64,000 nt of DNA from a candidate division WWE3 bacterium. GTDB lineage: Bacteria > Patescibacteriota > WWE3 > JAUXAW01. The notes beneath the pieces were generated by a model. The model saw only the letters and a list, made by a program, of their open reading frames with translations. It was not told the DNA's origin and searched no databases. Where the stretch lies: NCBI GenBank assembly GCA_030619715.1, contig JAUXAW010000002.1, forward strand, positions 1,221 through 65,220. Reading direction: 5' to 3'. Below, in pieces: positions 63,462 through 64,000 of this stretch. Made by a program: the position numbers and the translations under genes. Position 1 is the stretch's first letter. Every line of letters starts with the position of its first letter.

Positions 63462-63537
63462 GGGCCGTTAGCTCAGTTGGAAGAGCGTTTGCATGGCATG
63501 CAAGAGGTCAGGAGTTCAAGTCTCCTACGGTCCACCA
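63462..63537 (+). tRNA. tRNA-Ala (anticodon GGC) with G3:U70
   Basis: Acceptor gggccgt/acggtcc (G3-U70 wobble), loop atGGCat, T-arm aggagttcaagtctcct, CCA encoded. Promoter tgtgatataat lies upstream. Confidence 0.85.
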
Positions 63538-63616
63538 TTTATAGGGGCTAAAGATCCGGCGGATTCATCTCCCTCGTTCTTCAGCCAAAAGATTTTTCGA
63601 CGGGAGGTGAATCAAG

Positions 63617-63895
63617 GTGCCTTTTGAGGATAAAAATAAAGTTTGTGAGGACTGCGGTGCGGAGTTTGTTTTCACCGCTTCCGAGCAAGAATTTTACCAG
63701 GAGCGCGGGTTCGAAAACGAACCCAAGCGTTGCCCCGATTGCCGCGCCAAGCGCAAGGAGGAGCGGCGGTCACAGAGAGTGGAAACCCCGATCGTTTGCA
63801 GCGAGTGTGGGAAGGAGGACACGGTTCCTTTTGTCCCGACCGCCGGTCGGCCGGTTCTCTGCCGCGAGTGTTTTGCCAAGGCGAAGACGGCGTAA
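63617..63895 (+). CDS. zinc-ribbon protein with four CxxC pairs
   Basis: CEDCG...CPDCR...CSECG...CRECF. 92 aa. GTG start after gggaggtga. Confidence 0.65.
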   Translation: MPFEDKNKVCEDCGAEFVFTASEQEFYQERGFENEPKRCPDCRAKRKEERRSQRVETPIVCSECGKEDTVPFVPTAGRPVLCRECFAKAKTA

Positions 63896-63936
63896 CGGTA
63901 ATTGATAACTAGTTATCAGTGACTGGTATAAAACAA

Positions 63937-63964
63937 AAGCCCGAAGTACTTCGGGCTTTTGTCG
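63937..63964 (+). terminator. rho-independent terminator
   Basis: aaagcccgaagtacttcgggcttttgtcgtt. Confidence 0.7.
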
Positions 63965-64000
63965 TTCTGTTGTATAATGAATCTTGAGATGATTCGGAAT

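Overview
A 64-kb window at about 50% GC with mosaic GC content (segments near 60% and near 38%). Four-helix-bundle IVS-protein genes, T4SS-type pilins, many small membrane proteins and tight tRNA clusters point to a Candidate Phyla Radiation (Patescibacteria-like) genome. Main contents: (1) 1-12.4 kb: envelope-spanning T4SS/pilus-like cluster. It has a PrgI-like gene running off the window edge, a VirB6-like polytopic protein, three TrbC/VirB2-type pilins, an M23 peptidase, an SLT_2 lytic transglycosylase with a Cys-rich domain, and a SpoIID-domain protein. Two IVS-type four-helix-bundle genes flanked by short inverted repeats interrupt it. (2) 14-20 kb: two GT-C-like polytopic membrane proteins and a transmembrane PP2C phosphatase with an NHL-repeat ectodomain. 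(3) smpB-comF. (4) 21.5-25.4 kb: tRNA cluster (Ser x4, Arg x2) interleaved with small DUF3850, ASCH, DEDDh-exonuclease and HhH-GPD genes. (5) dnaG-rpoD. (6) A GIY-YIG gene sits between a partial tRNA-Asn 5' duplicate and the intact tRNA-Asn. About 12 kb of accessory cassettes follows (29.1-41.5 kb: HAD, SDR, 2-hydroxyacid dehydrogenases, nitrilase, MBL hydrolase, deaminase, GH, ALDH, DHFR-like). Cassette junctions are built from shuffled left and right arms around a shared GGAGCCA core, with recurring promoter and terminator modules; this looks like a site-specific recombination cassette array with no recombinase in the window. One cassette gene carries an in-frame TGA exactly at a conserved Gly. 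(7) 44-50 kb: ABC transporter, RRM protein, archaeal-type FBP aldolase/phosphatase, radical-SAM DNA-repair protein, MazG-like. (8) 51-53 kb: tandemly duplicated membrane-protein modules with a conserved promoter, 5' leader and terminator. (9) 53.6-64 kb: membrane spermidine-synthase-like protein, AmmeMemoRadiSam genes, a cluster of tiny hydrophobic peptides with an LRENW motif, CcdA-like protein, histidine phosphatase, uppP, SagB-type nitroreductase, Mth938-like protein, tRNA-Ala, zinc-ribbon protein. No rRNA, CRISPR, transposase or integrase was recognised.
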